In this document: one piece after another, positions 16,625 to 23,853 of the stretch
Layout of the letters: the number at the start of each line of letters is the position of its first letter
Numbering within the stretch: position 1 is the first letter of the stretch
Virus record (IMG/VR): IMGVR_UViG_3300021082_000031
Coordinates: 1-51,562 of that record
DNA length: 51,562 nt
DNA from: a virus
Lineage: Duplodnaviria; Caudoviricetes
Strand: one strand, 5' to 3'
Made by a program: the position numbers and the translations under genes
Notes under the pieces: model-generated
Told to the model about the DNA's origin: nothing
The model's database searches: none
The model's input: the letters and a program-made list of their open reading frames with translations, nothing else

Positions 16625-16870
16625 TCACCCCTTCGTCCGTTTTTCTACGTCCTCGATCCACCCCTTGACCGCGTCGATCATGCCGGCGCGCTCGCTGTTA
16701 GAAATCCAAAACACCGCGCCGCCTTGGTCCTTGGGAATGTCGCCGAACTTCACCATGAAGAGCCCCCACCCCCAACCCTCCGGTGCGGCCTCGTCGATCA
16801 TCGTGGCGATGGTGCGCAAGGCCCGCTCGATCTCGGGATTGCGCACCTCGTACCGCTCGTCGTGCTCCAA
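16625..16870 (-). CDS. Hypothetical protein
   Basis: PEGWGWGLF..WISNSERAGM; GGGGTGA SD. Confidence 0.7.
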   Translation of the reverse strand: MEHDERYEVRNPEIERALRTIATMIDEAAPEGWGWGLFMVKFGDIPKDQGGAVFWISNSERAGMIDAVKGWIEDVEKRTKG

Positions 16871-16873
16871 TCG

Positions 16874-17017
16874 TCACCCCTTCTTCTTGCTCGGTTTCCC
16901 CTTGCCCGCCTTGTCCATCGAGATCGCCACCGCCTGTTTCTGCGGGTAGCCCTCGTGCTGCAACTGGCGGATGTTCTGCGCGACCGTCTGCTTGCTTGAC
17001 CCCTTCTTGAGTGGCAT
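16874..17017 (-). CDS. Small basic phage protein (MPLKKG..QAVAI type)
   Basis: MPLKKGSSKQTVAQNIRQL..GYPQKQAVAI; AGGAG SD. Confidence 0.8.
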   Translation of the reverse strand: MPLKKGSSKQTVAQNIRQLQHEGYPQKQAVAISMDKAGKGKPSKKKG

Positions 17018-17025
17018 GGCTCCTC

Positions 17026-17208
17026 CTAGCGTCCTGGCAGCACGTTTGGCAGGTTCACGAAGCGCGTCAGGATGAACAACACGATGACGACCAACGCGAG
17101 CACCTGAATAGCGGTCGCCCACCCTGGCGGCATCGGCACCTTCGTCGTGAGCAGGTAGACCAAGAACCCCACCACCGCGAGAACGATCACCAGCATCAGC
17201 AAATCCAT
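17026..17208 (-). CDS. Two-TM small membrane protein (Thivi_2564-like)
   Basis: LVIVLAVVGFLVYLL..VPMP..VVIVLFIL; AAGGAGG SD. Confidence 0.7.
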   Translation of the reverse strand: MDLLMLVIVLAVVGFLVYLLTTKVPMPPGWATAIQVLALVVIVLFILTRFVNLPNVLPGR

Positions 17209-17227
17209 GTCGCCTCCTTTGGCGCAA

Positions 17228-17401
17228 TCAGAACCCACCGTCCTCGGCCTCGGGCAGCACGATAGCGATCTGCTCGAGCGCCTCGCGCACGGTCGGCCAT
17301 TCCCGCTCGGCGAACACGAGATCGCCCGCCTTGCCGTTCAGGAACACGCGGCAGTGCACGTGCGCGCCGCGCAGTTGCCAGTAGATCCGCATCCCCGGCA
17401 C
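17228..17401 (-). CDS. 57-aa hypothetical protein (not in ORF track)
   Basis: GTG start after GGGGTGA; MRIYWQLRGAHVHCRVFLNGKAGDLVF. Confidence 0.6.
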   Translation of the reverse strand: MPGMRIYWQLRGAHVHCRVFLNGKAGDLVFAEREWPTVREALEQIAIVLPEAEDGGF

Positions 17402-17403
17402 CG

Positions 17404-17772
17404 TCACCCCTCGCTCCGCGGGACTTCGATGGTCATGCCGCCCAGCCGGGCGCGGCGCTTCTGCGACTCCGACAGCGCATCGTAGGCCGCATCGTCCTGG
17501 CGGATGATGCGCGACACCGTCGCCACGGCGGGCGGCGGCGCGAGCATCTCGTAGATGCTGTCCTCAAGGGCTTGCGGGGCGTCGTCGCCGCTGTGGAGTG
17601 ACTTTGCGAGCACCCGCAAGTGTTCCTCAAGCGCCTCGACGCGGGCCACCGCTTCGACCGAGAGCGTGCGGTAGAACTGCATCCAGTGCTTGAAGCCTTC
17701 CTCGCGCCCCGACAGGTGGTCGTTGGCGATCCCGTAGGCGAGTTGTTCCTTGATCGTCCGCTGTCGCATCAT
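17404..17772 (-). CDS. Hypothetical protein
   Basis: GGGGTGACGACATG start. Confidence 0.7.
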   Translation of the reverse strand: MMRQRTIKEQLAYGIANDHLSGREEGFKHWMQFYRTLSVEAVARVEALEEHLRVLAKSLHSGDDAPQALEDSIYEMLAPPPAVATVSRIIRQDDAAYDALSESQKRRARLGGMTIEVPRSEG

Positions 17773-18167
17773 GTCGTCACCCCTTGTGAATGCCACGCGC
17801 CGCACCCGTTGCAGCGGTCCTGTTCCTTCGGGCGCCCGCAGTAGACGCACTCGCCGTCCCTGCTGCGCGCCCGCTTCCCGACTTGCAGGAACGGATCGAA
17901 CACCTCCCGCATCCGCGCCTTGAACGCCGTCACGTTGTCGAACTCGCGCATCCCGCGCGGGGTCCCCCGCACCAGGGCCCGCAGGGCCCGCCCGTGGTCG
18001 TGCTCCTGAATGTGCGGCGCGTAGAAGTTCCAGAACATGTCGAGCAACGCGCGCCCGTCGCGCCACGACTGCACGTCGACCCCCTCCAGTGGGAACAACA
18101 GGCCGTCGACATCGGCCACGGACGCCCGCTCCACGCGCCGCCGATGCTCAGTCGTCACCCTTGCCAC
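17769..18167 (-). CDS. Hypothetical protein with C-terminal Zn ribbon
   Basis: CVYCG..CNGCGA. Confidence 0.6.
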   Translation of the reverse strand: MARVTTEHRRRVERASVADVDGLLFPLEGVDVQSWRDGRALLDMFWNFYAPHIQEHDHGRALRALVRGTPRGMREFDNVTAFKARMREVFDPFLQVGKRARSRDGECVYCGRPKEQDRCNGCGAWHSQGVTT

Positions 18168-19170
18168 CGTGGCGGCGCAGCACGCGGAACTCGCTCTCCT
18201 TCACGAAGTGCGCCTTGCGCGTCTGGAAGCGCCAGGAGTACTTCAGCCCGTCGCTGATCGTCCCCATCGTCGCGTCCCCGATGGCCGCGCGGATCTTGTT
18301 CTCGGCCTCCTGCTGCATTTCTTTCGCGGCGTTGATCGTGACCATCGCATCGACGCGCTGCCGATCCCACTCGCGCGCTTCGGCCGGCAAGACGACCTCT
18401 TCGCCCGTGTCCTTGGGGTACAGCCGCGCGAGCAACGCCTTGGTGCTCTCGCTGCCATCGACCGGGGGCGGCTGCTCGTTCAGGACGCCCTTCCAGAACT
18501 CGATCTCCAGCGTCCGCATCATCGCGATCAACTCTTCGTCGCGCGCCACGTCGGCCCACAGGAAGCGGTTGCCGCCGACCAGCGCCGCAATCGAACCCCA
18601 GCGCAACCCCGTCACCATCAACTGATGCTGCAACTGCACGAGGTACTCGACGGGCGGCTCCTGCGCGTCGTCCCACAGCCGACCCTTGCTGACATCGACG
18701 TTCTTCACCTCGAGGATGCCAAGCGCGCCCAGCACGGGCGGCGGCGGCACGGGACCGTCCTCGGCCACGCCCGTCAGTGGATCGATCCGCACCGGCAAGA
18801 TCGTGGCGTCCGGTGAGGCGACGAGGAAGGACAGGTCGGGGTCGCGCGCCAACGTGAAGCGATGCGCCACGCCGGTCCTATCCTGTACGGCCGGGAACAA
18901 CTCGCTCGGCTTGGCGACGTCGCGCGCCGTGATGCGCTCGTAGCCGCGGATGATCGCGGGCTCGAGCGCCAGGCCCCACTCCATGAACTCGGTTTCCCCG
19001 CGGGTCTGCTCCCGCATCCCGCGCTTCTCGTAGTACAGCGACAGCGGGCTCTTCCACTTGCTCAGCCCGAGGATGACCGGCGCATCGCTGCTGCCGAGGC
19101 CCAGGCTCCGCGCCTTGATCCACTCGTCGCGCTCGTCAAACAGTTCCACTTGCAGGTTCGCTGTTGTCAT
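18148..19170 (-). CDS. yqaJ: YqaJ-family viral recombinase (lambda-exonuclease-like)
   Basis: WIKARSLGLGSSDAPVILGLSKWKSPL..WGLALE..ASPDA..LEVK..QLQHQLMVTG. Confidence 0.93.
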   Translation of the reverse strand: MTTANLQVELFDERDEWIKARSLGLGSSDAPVILGLSKWKSPLSLYYEKRGMREQTRGETEFMEWGLALEPAIIRGYERITARDVAKPSELFPAVQDRTGVAHRFTLARDPDLSFLVASPDATILPVRIDPLTGVAEDGPVPPPPVLGALGILEVKNVDVSKGRLWDDAQEPPVEYLVQLQHQLMVTGLRWGSIAALVGGNRFLWADVARDEELIAMMRTLEIEFWKGVLNEQPPPVDGSESTKALLARLYPKDTGEEVVLPAEAREWDRQRVDAMVTINAAKEMQQEAENKIRAAIGDATMGTISDGLKYSWRFQTRKAHFVKESEFRVLRRHGGKGDD

Positions 19171-19387
19171 CGTGATCGTCCTCCTGACGATGCATCTCGT
19201 CGCGTAAGCGGCAGGCTTCCTGCCGCAACGCCTCGTTAATCACCCCGTACACCTGCCTGGCACTCATCTGCAACACCGTGATCGTGCTGCCCTTCACAAA
19301 CCGCGGCTTGCCCGTCTGCATGTCCCGCTGGAGCAGTTGCACGTAGATCGTCGGCCGGATCGGCGTCTTACCTCTTGACCGCGGCAC
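19136..19387 (-). CDS. Hypothetical protein
   Basis: GGAGGGG SD; operon context. Confidence 0.55.
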   Translation of the reverse strand: MPRSRGKTPIRPTIYVQLLQRDMQTGKPRFVKGSTITVLQMSARQVYGVINEALRQEACRLRDEMHRQEDDHDDNSEPASGTV

Positions 19388-19550
19388 GCTTCCCCCTCCC
19401 GTTCCACCAGCCGTAGCGCGCCCACGTATCGAGCCGTTCAGCTTGCGCGAGCGCCGCCTGCGCCTTGCGCTCGAGACGGTGCCGCGCGAAGTCGACGATG
19501 GGCACCCCGAACAGCAGCCCGAGGTGGCCTACCGCGTACCAGAAGCCCAT
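19368..19550 (-). CDS. Small membrane protein
   Basis: GGAGGGG SD; MGFWYAVGHLGLLFGVPIV. Confidence 0.55.
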   Translation of the reverse strand: MGFWYAVGHLGLLFGVPIVDFARHRLERKAQAALAQAERLDTWARYGWWNGRGKRAAVKR

Positions 19551-19843
19551 GTGCCCCTCCGTGGTTTCACGCCCTTGTGCTTCCCGCGCACGGTGGCGAT
19601 CTGCGCGGGCGCCCCGTGGTTCTTCAGGAACACCTCGATCTGCGCCAGCGTCGTGGCGTGCGGCGTGTGCGTGCTCAACACGAGCCGCTTGATCGTGCTG
19701 AGACTCACCCGGTGGCCGGCGTGAAAGAGCATCGCTTCGATGCCCTCGAACGTGAGCCGGTGGCGCTCGCGGAACACCGCGAGCGCCTCCCCCACCTTCT
19801 TTGCCCGCAGCACCCGCTTTTCCGTGCGCGTCTGCTTTGCCAT
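19529..19843 (-). CDS. XRE/Cro-like HTH regulator
   Basis: LAVFRERHRLTFEGI..VSLSTIKRL..PHATTLAQIEVFL. Confidence 0.65.
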   Translation of the reverse strand: MAKQTRTEKRVLRAKKVGEALAVFRERHRLTFEGIEAMLFHAGHRVSLSTIKRLVLSTHTPHATTLAQIEVFLKNHGAPAQIATVRGKHKGVKPRRGTWASGTR

Positions 19844-19846
19844 ATA

Positions 19847-20188
19847 TCAACCTCGGAAGTTGGGTATTTGGGCGCCCAGGCCCAACCACCCTTTGTCCTG
19901 CGCGTGCGCCATCGGGTCGTCACTGCGGGGATCGGGCTTCACGCGGAAGTCGGCGTGCCCTTGGTTGCTGATCCCGTTGGTGCTCTGCATCCAGTCCTCG
20001 AACGTCGGGAAGGTGGGCGCTGGCTGGTTGCCGAAGATGTGCTGCTCGAGGGACCGGAACCGCTGGTCGTAGAACGCGGCTTGCTCGTTGACGTAGCGCG
20101 CGAGCGCGTTGATCACGCGCCCCTGCAACTCCACCGTCTCGAGCAGCCCGCCGACCTTGGGCATCTGGACGTCGTTGGTTGCCATCAC
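19847..20188 (-). CDS. Hypothetical protein
   Basis: GTGA overlap. Confidence 0.6.
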   Translation of the reverse strand: MMATNDVQMPKVGGLLETVELQGRVINALARYVNEQAAFYDQRFRSLEQHIFGNQPAPTFPTFEDWMQSTNGISNQGHADFRVKPDPRSDDPMAHAQDKGWLGLGAQIPNFRG

Positions 20189-20460
20189 AGTCGCACCGTC
20201 AGCGCCTTCACGACGTCCGCGAACAGGCGGTCGCGCCGGGAGGGCGCCTCACTGCCGTTCACGCTCGGCGGGTCCTCGTCGTGGATCGCGTGCAGCACGA
20301 GCGTTTTCCAGTGCCGCTGGATCTGCTCGTCCAACTCCCCCCACGCGCACGGCGGCGCCTCGGGGTTCGTGTGCGCCTCGTCGGCGGCGTAACAGACGTG
20401 CGCAATCGCGTCGATGTTGTGCTTCGCCAAGCTGCTCTCCCTGGTAGATGCGCCCCGCAA
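20185..20460 (-). CDS. Hypothetical protein (start uncertain)
   Basis: IAHVCYAA..WGEL..DRLFADVVKAL; first gene after the promoter. Confidence 0.6.
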   Translation of the reverse strand: MRGASTRESSLAKHNIDAIAHVCYAADEAHTNPEAPPCAWGELDEQIQRHWKTLVLHAIHDEDPPSVNGSEAPSRRDRLFADVVKALTVRL

Positions 20461-20474
20461 GTGGGGCGGCTGAG

Positions 20475-20504
20475 AGCGTACCGTTTCGTGTCACTTCGTG
20501 TCAA
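20475..20504 (-). promoter_or_regulatory. sigma70-like promoter of the middle operon with overlapping direct repeat
   Basis: TTGACA-N18-TACGCT; TGACACGAA twice at a 10-bp period. Confidence 0.7.
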
Positions 20505-20507
20505 ATG

Positions 20508-20542
20508 AAAACGGCGCACCGAAGGGGGCCCCCGGTGCGCCG
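20508..20542 (-). terminator. Intrinsic terminator of the late operon
   Basis: CGGCGCACCG/CGGTGCGCCG stem followed by TTTT on the minus strand. Confidence 0.7.
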
Positions 20543-20591
20543 GTTTAGAAACGAAAATCGATCTGTTTTCGCTTCAAAACTGGAGTCGGCC

Positions 20592-21263
20592 TTAGCCCTC
20601 CGTCGGTGTCGGTTCGGGCCCCTCGGCCTCGCGGCGCCCGTAGCGGCATGTGCCCTGGAGTTCGTTCGTGATGGCGGCGACGACGCCCTTGGACTGCTCG
20701 ACCATCCACGTCCCGATCTGGTCGGTGTCGGCGGCCTGTTGGTCGCGCGCCTCGGCGAGCATCTCGAGGATGCGATCCAACTTCTGATTGATGACGACAA
20801 AGGCCGCGTCGTTGTGCGGCGGCGTCACCGGGTCGGGCGGCACGGGCCCGGGGTCGGGGTCGGGACCGGGGTCGGGATCAATCGGGCCCCCGCCTGGCGG
20901 GAGGTCGCTCTGCTGCGGCAAGAACACCTCCTGCTCGGCCGGCAAGGGTTCACTGTGGCTGGAGATCGCGAACTTCCAGTTGGCCCCGCCCGCGCTGCCG
21001 ATGATGTCCCAATAGGTGCGCAAGGGCATCAGCACGATCACGTCGTCGGACTGTGGACGGCCCCCGCCTGCGCTCTTCAAATACCAGCGCGGATCGGGCC
21101 CACCGGGGTTGAATCTCGTGTGCCCGTACACCACGCACGCCAAGCCCGAGGCGAGCCACTGGTTGCGCTGCTCGCGCGTGCTCTTGTCGTCAGGCTTCCA
21201 GCCGTTGACGTGGTAGACATCCTCGATGATGTCGAAGGCTTCGTTGATGCCGATCTGTCGCAT
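20592..21263 (-). CDS. Hypothetical protein at the endolysin position (globular domain, Pro linker, helical tail)
   Basis: DPRWYLK..SDDVIV..WDIIGSAG; PDPGPDPDPGP linker; AGGAG SD. Confidence 0.7.
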   Translation of the reverse strand: MRQIGINEAFDIIEDVYHVNGWKPDDKSTREQRNQWLASGLACVVYGHTRFNPGGPDPRWYLKSAGGGRPQSDDVIVLMPLRTYWDIIGSAGGANWKFAISSHSEPLPAEQEVFLPQQSDLPPGGGPIDPDPGPDPDPGPVPPDPVTPPHNDAAFVVINQKLDRILEMLAEARDQQAADTDQIGTWMVEQSKGVVAAITNELQGTCRYGRREAEGPEPTPTEG

Positions 21264-21286
21264 TGCGTCGTCTCCTGGTTACGAGT

Positions 21287-21661
21287 TTATCGAACAGGGG
21301 GGCCGGGGGTAATCAGCACGTTGATCGGGCCCCACATCGTCGGCACGCCGGTCGTCGTCGGCGTGTAGGTGTACGGCGCGGAGTGGCCCGACTCGCGGTT
21401 TTGCGCGTCGGTCGCCGTCAGCGTCATCACATAGGTCCCCGGCGCGGTCGGAATCGGCGCGGGCGCCTCGCACTGGACCAGCGGCGCCGCGCCTGTGCAG
21501 ACCACGCCGGTCAACGGGGTCGGCACGCCCGCGATGTACAGCGTGTACCGCCACGCCATCGCGTCCGACGGCGAGGCCGCGTCCATGTCCCATAGCGCCG
21601 TCCCCGTGACCGGCGCTTGGAACAGGAGCAGCAGCGCGAGGCTACTTGATGATGACCACAT
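21287..21661 (-). CDS. Small secreted beta-rich protein
   Basis: Hydrophobic N-terminus; WD..Y..C..C..GTY..TLTA..ES.HS FnIII-like pattern. Confidence 0.65.
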   Translation of the reverse strand: MWSSSSSLALLLLFQAPVTGTALWDMDAASPSDAMAWRYTLYIAGVPTPLTGVVCTGAAPLVQCEAPAPIPTAPGTYVMTLTATDAQNRESGHSAPYTYTPTTTGVPTMWGPINVLITPGPPVR

Positions 21662-22157
21662 TGGTCGGTGACACCGGAGGGCCATACTGAATCGGATCAC
21701 CGGCGACGAAAGGGATAGACGCGACCACGCTCTCTTGCTTGGTGGTCGTCGGATCGCCGGCCGAGTCGAGGACGAAATTCCACGCGCTGATCTTCAACGT
21801 GTGCTGGCCGCGCGCCACGCCGCTCGTCGTGCGAAACGAGAACGGCAAGTCGTTCGGGTAGACGGTGCTCGTGCTCGGGCACGTCGTGAGCGCGGTCGCC
21901 TTGCCGATGTCGAACTTTTCGCCGCCGTCGATTTGCAGGTAGAACCCTTCGATGCGGGTCGGCACCGTCGTGTTGTTCTCGGCCACCGTGTCGGCCATGA
22001 TCCACTGCACCGTGAACGGCGAGCCGCTCGTCACCGTGAACGGGCCCTGCATGGTCGTGAAGCAGATTTGCGGCGCCGGTTCCTGCGCGAGCGCGAGGGC
22101 CGGGAGGGTCAGGACCGCCAGCGCGAGGACCGCGCGGCGCAGGGGTGGGGTGATCAC
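21642..22157 (-). CDS. Secreted beta-rich protein
   Basis: Signal peptide RRAVLALAVLTLPALALA|Q; two Cys; C-terminal PPVSPTNVVIIK. Confidence 0.75.
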   Translation of the reverse strand: MITPPLRRAVLALAVLTLPALALAQEPAPQICFTTMQGPFTVTSGSPFTVQWIMADTVAENNTTVPTRIEGFYLQIDGGEKFDIGKATALTTCPSTSTVYPNDLPFSFRTTSGVARGQHTLKISAWNFVLDSAGDPTTTKQESVVASIPFVAGDPIQYGPPVSPTNVVIIK

Positions 22158-22181
22158 ATTCGCACTTCCTTTCGTGACGAG

Positions 22182-22886
22182 TTACCAACCGTTTTTCAAA
22201 AAATCGATCCACGCGCAGTGATGCCACCGATAGAACATCGTCGGGTCGTGCAGCACGCCCGAGTGCCCGACCCCAGGGACGATGTCGGTCCAGTCGGGCC
22301 CGCGCGACGGGTCCTGCTCGAAGTCCCGACTGAAGGACGCGCGCCCGTCGCCGATGCCGCCGAACAACGCGATGGCGTCATCGTCGCCGCGGACATGCAA
22401 CCACTGGCGGATGTTGGGTCGCGCCTTCTCGATCACCGCCTGCATGTCCCGCCGGATCGGCGTGCCCACCGTCAGCAACCGATTGATGCGGAGCCCGCCG
22501 TAGGCCGCCGCGTAGAACACGACCTGGCCGCCGTGGCTGTGCGCCAGGATGTTGCGCTCGCGGACGGCCACGTACTCGTCGGCCTCTTGGTGCACGGGCC
22601 ACAGGTAGTACGAGAGCGCGTAGCCGCCCGCGATCCAGTCGCGGTGCGGGTCGTTCAGGCCCAGCCAGTGCCGCCAGAACCGATGGCCGTTCAGGTCGCA
22701 CGACCATGTGAACGGCCGATGCTCGTTCAGGTGGTACAGGCCCGCGTTGGTGAGCACGCGCATCAGCGGCGAGCCCGACTGCCACCACAGGCCGGTCGGA
22801 CACCCATCGTCGCCGTGCGTGCCGGGGACAGGGATCACCGCCGCGCGCACGACGTCGCCGACCGGGCGCTCGGTCAACTCATGCAC
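22182..22886 (-). CDS. Alpha/beta hydrolase (lipase/esterase-like; start uncertain)
   Basis: VPGTHG oxyanion segment, AHSHGG nucleophile elbow, TVGTP, D, GHS. Confidence 0.8.
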   Translation of the reverse strand: MHELTERPVGDVVRAAVIPVPGTHGDDGCPTGLWWQSGSPLMRVLTNAGLYHLNEHRPFTWSCDLNGHRFWRHWLGLNDPHRDWIAGGYALSYYLWPVHQEADEYVAVRERNILAHSHGGQVVFYAAAYGGLRINRLLTVGTPIRRDMQAVIEKARPNIRQWLHVRGDDDAIALFGGIGDGRASFSRDFEQDPSRGPDWTDIVPGVGHSGVLHDPTMFYRWHHCAWIDFLKNGW

Positions 22887-22893
22887 AGCGAGA

Positions 22894-23175
22894 CTACTTC
22901 CGACGGAGTGGAGAGACAACGCGGCACCCTTCCAACGCGCCAATGCACTCGGCTGGCTCCAGCCGTTGCAGGCGCTCGATCACTTCTTCCGCGATCCCTG
23001 GGTCGCCCGTGCCATCGGTGCCGAACAGTCGCTTGGTTTGCTCGTCCTGCACCGTCGCGATGAGCAGCTTCAGGTCGCCCAGCATCGTCGCCAAGGTCCC
23101 GATGCCCGACAGGCCGGCGGCGATCTGCGCCTCGAGCCGCGCCAGCCGTGCCTCAATCCCGACCGTGTCCGTCAT
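22894..23175 (-). CDS. Helical hypothetical protein
   Basis: ATGA overlap; AGGAG SD. Confidence 0.6.
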   Translation of the reverse strand: MTDTVGIEARLARLEAQIAAGLSGIGTLATMLGDLKLLIATVQDEQTKRLFGTDGTGDPGIAEEVIERLQRLEPAECIGALEGCRVVSPLRRK

Positions 23176-23486
23176 CGTGGCTCCTGCGCCCGGTAGCGGG
23201 CCCGCTCGTCGGCCCGCCGCTCGTCCGACTCCTTCGCCATCACCTCGACCAGTGTGCGGATGCGCGTCGTGTCCACGCGGATGCCGCCCACCTCGTGCTC
23301 CGTCTCGCGCTGCGCCTGCTCGAGCTTCTCGATGCGGGCGAGCAGCGCGGCGCCATCGCGCTCCATCATCGTCAGCCGTTCGCGCACGGCGAAGAACGCG
23401 ATCAGCGCCGCCAGGCCCCACGCGGCCAGGTGCGGCCACACTTGGTCGAAGAGCGCCACCAAGCGGTCGCCCAGCGCGTGTGGCAT
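23172..23486 (-). CDS. TM plus coiled-coil protein (holin/spanin-like)
   Basis: WGLAALIAFFAV TM followed by coiled coil. Confidence 0.6.
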   Translation of the reverse strand: MPHALGDRLVALFDQVWPHLAAWGLAALIAFFAVRERLTMMERDGAALLARIEKLEQAQRETEHEVGGIRVDTTRIRTLVEVMAKESDERRADERARYRAQEPR

Positions 23487-23496
23487 GGGGGGAGCG

Positions 23497-23853
23497 TTAC
23501 TTGAAGCGGTTGGTGAGTCGCTGCCGGTGGGCATCCTGCACCCGTTTCATCACCTCGGGGTCGCGGCCCACGATCACCTGCAACGTATTGTTGATCTCAT
23601 GCAGGGTGCGGCGCACCCGTCTAAGGTTAGAAATGGACCAATAAAAGAAAGCGGCCAGCGGGACCATGATCGCCACAAACAACAGGCCGAGTTCCACACT
23701 GCTCAGTGTCAGACCCACCACGGACGCCCCCAGGAACGGCGGCACGAGCACGAACCACCCCATCCGCTGAAGCTCCCGTGCGGGCTCCAGCAGCAGGGAC
23801 CACGGGTCCAGTAACACGTCGAGTTTGCGCACTAATTCGAGCGCGCCGGTCAT
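23497..23853 (-). CDS. Two-TM membrane protein (holin candidate)
   Basis: Two hydrophobic segments, basic C-terminus; ATGA overlap with the giant gene. Confidence 0.6.
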   Translation of the reverse strand: MTGALELVRKLDVLLDPWSLLLEPARELQRMGWFVLVPPFLGASVVGLTLSSVELGLLFVAIMVPLAAFFYWSISNLRRVRRTLHEINNTLQVIVGRDPEVMKRVQDAHRQRLTNRFK

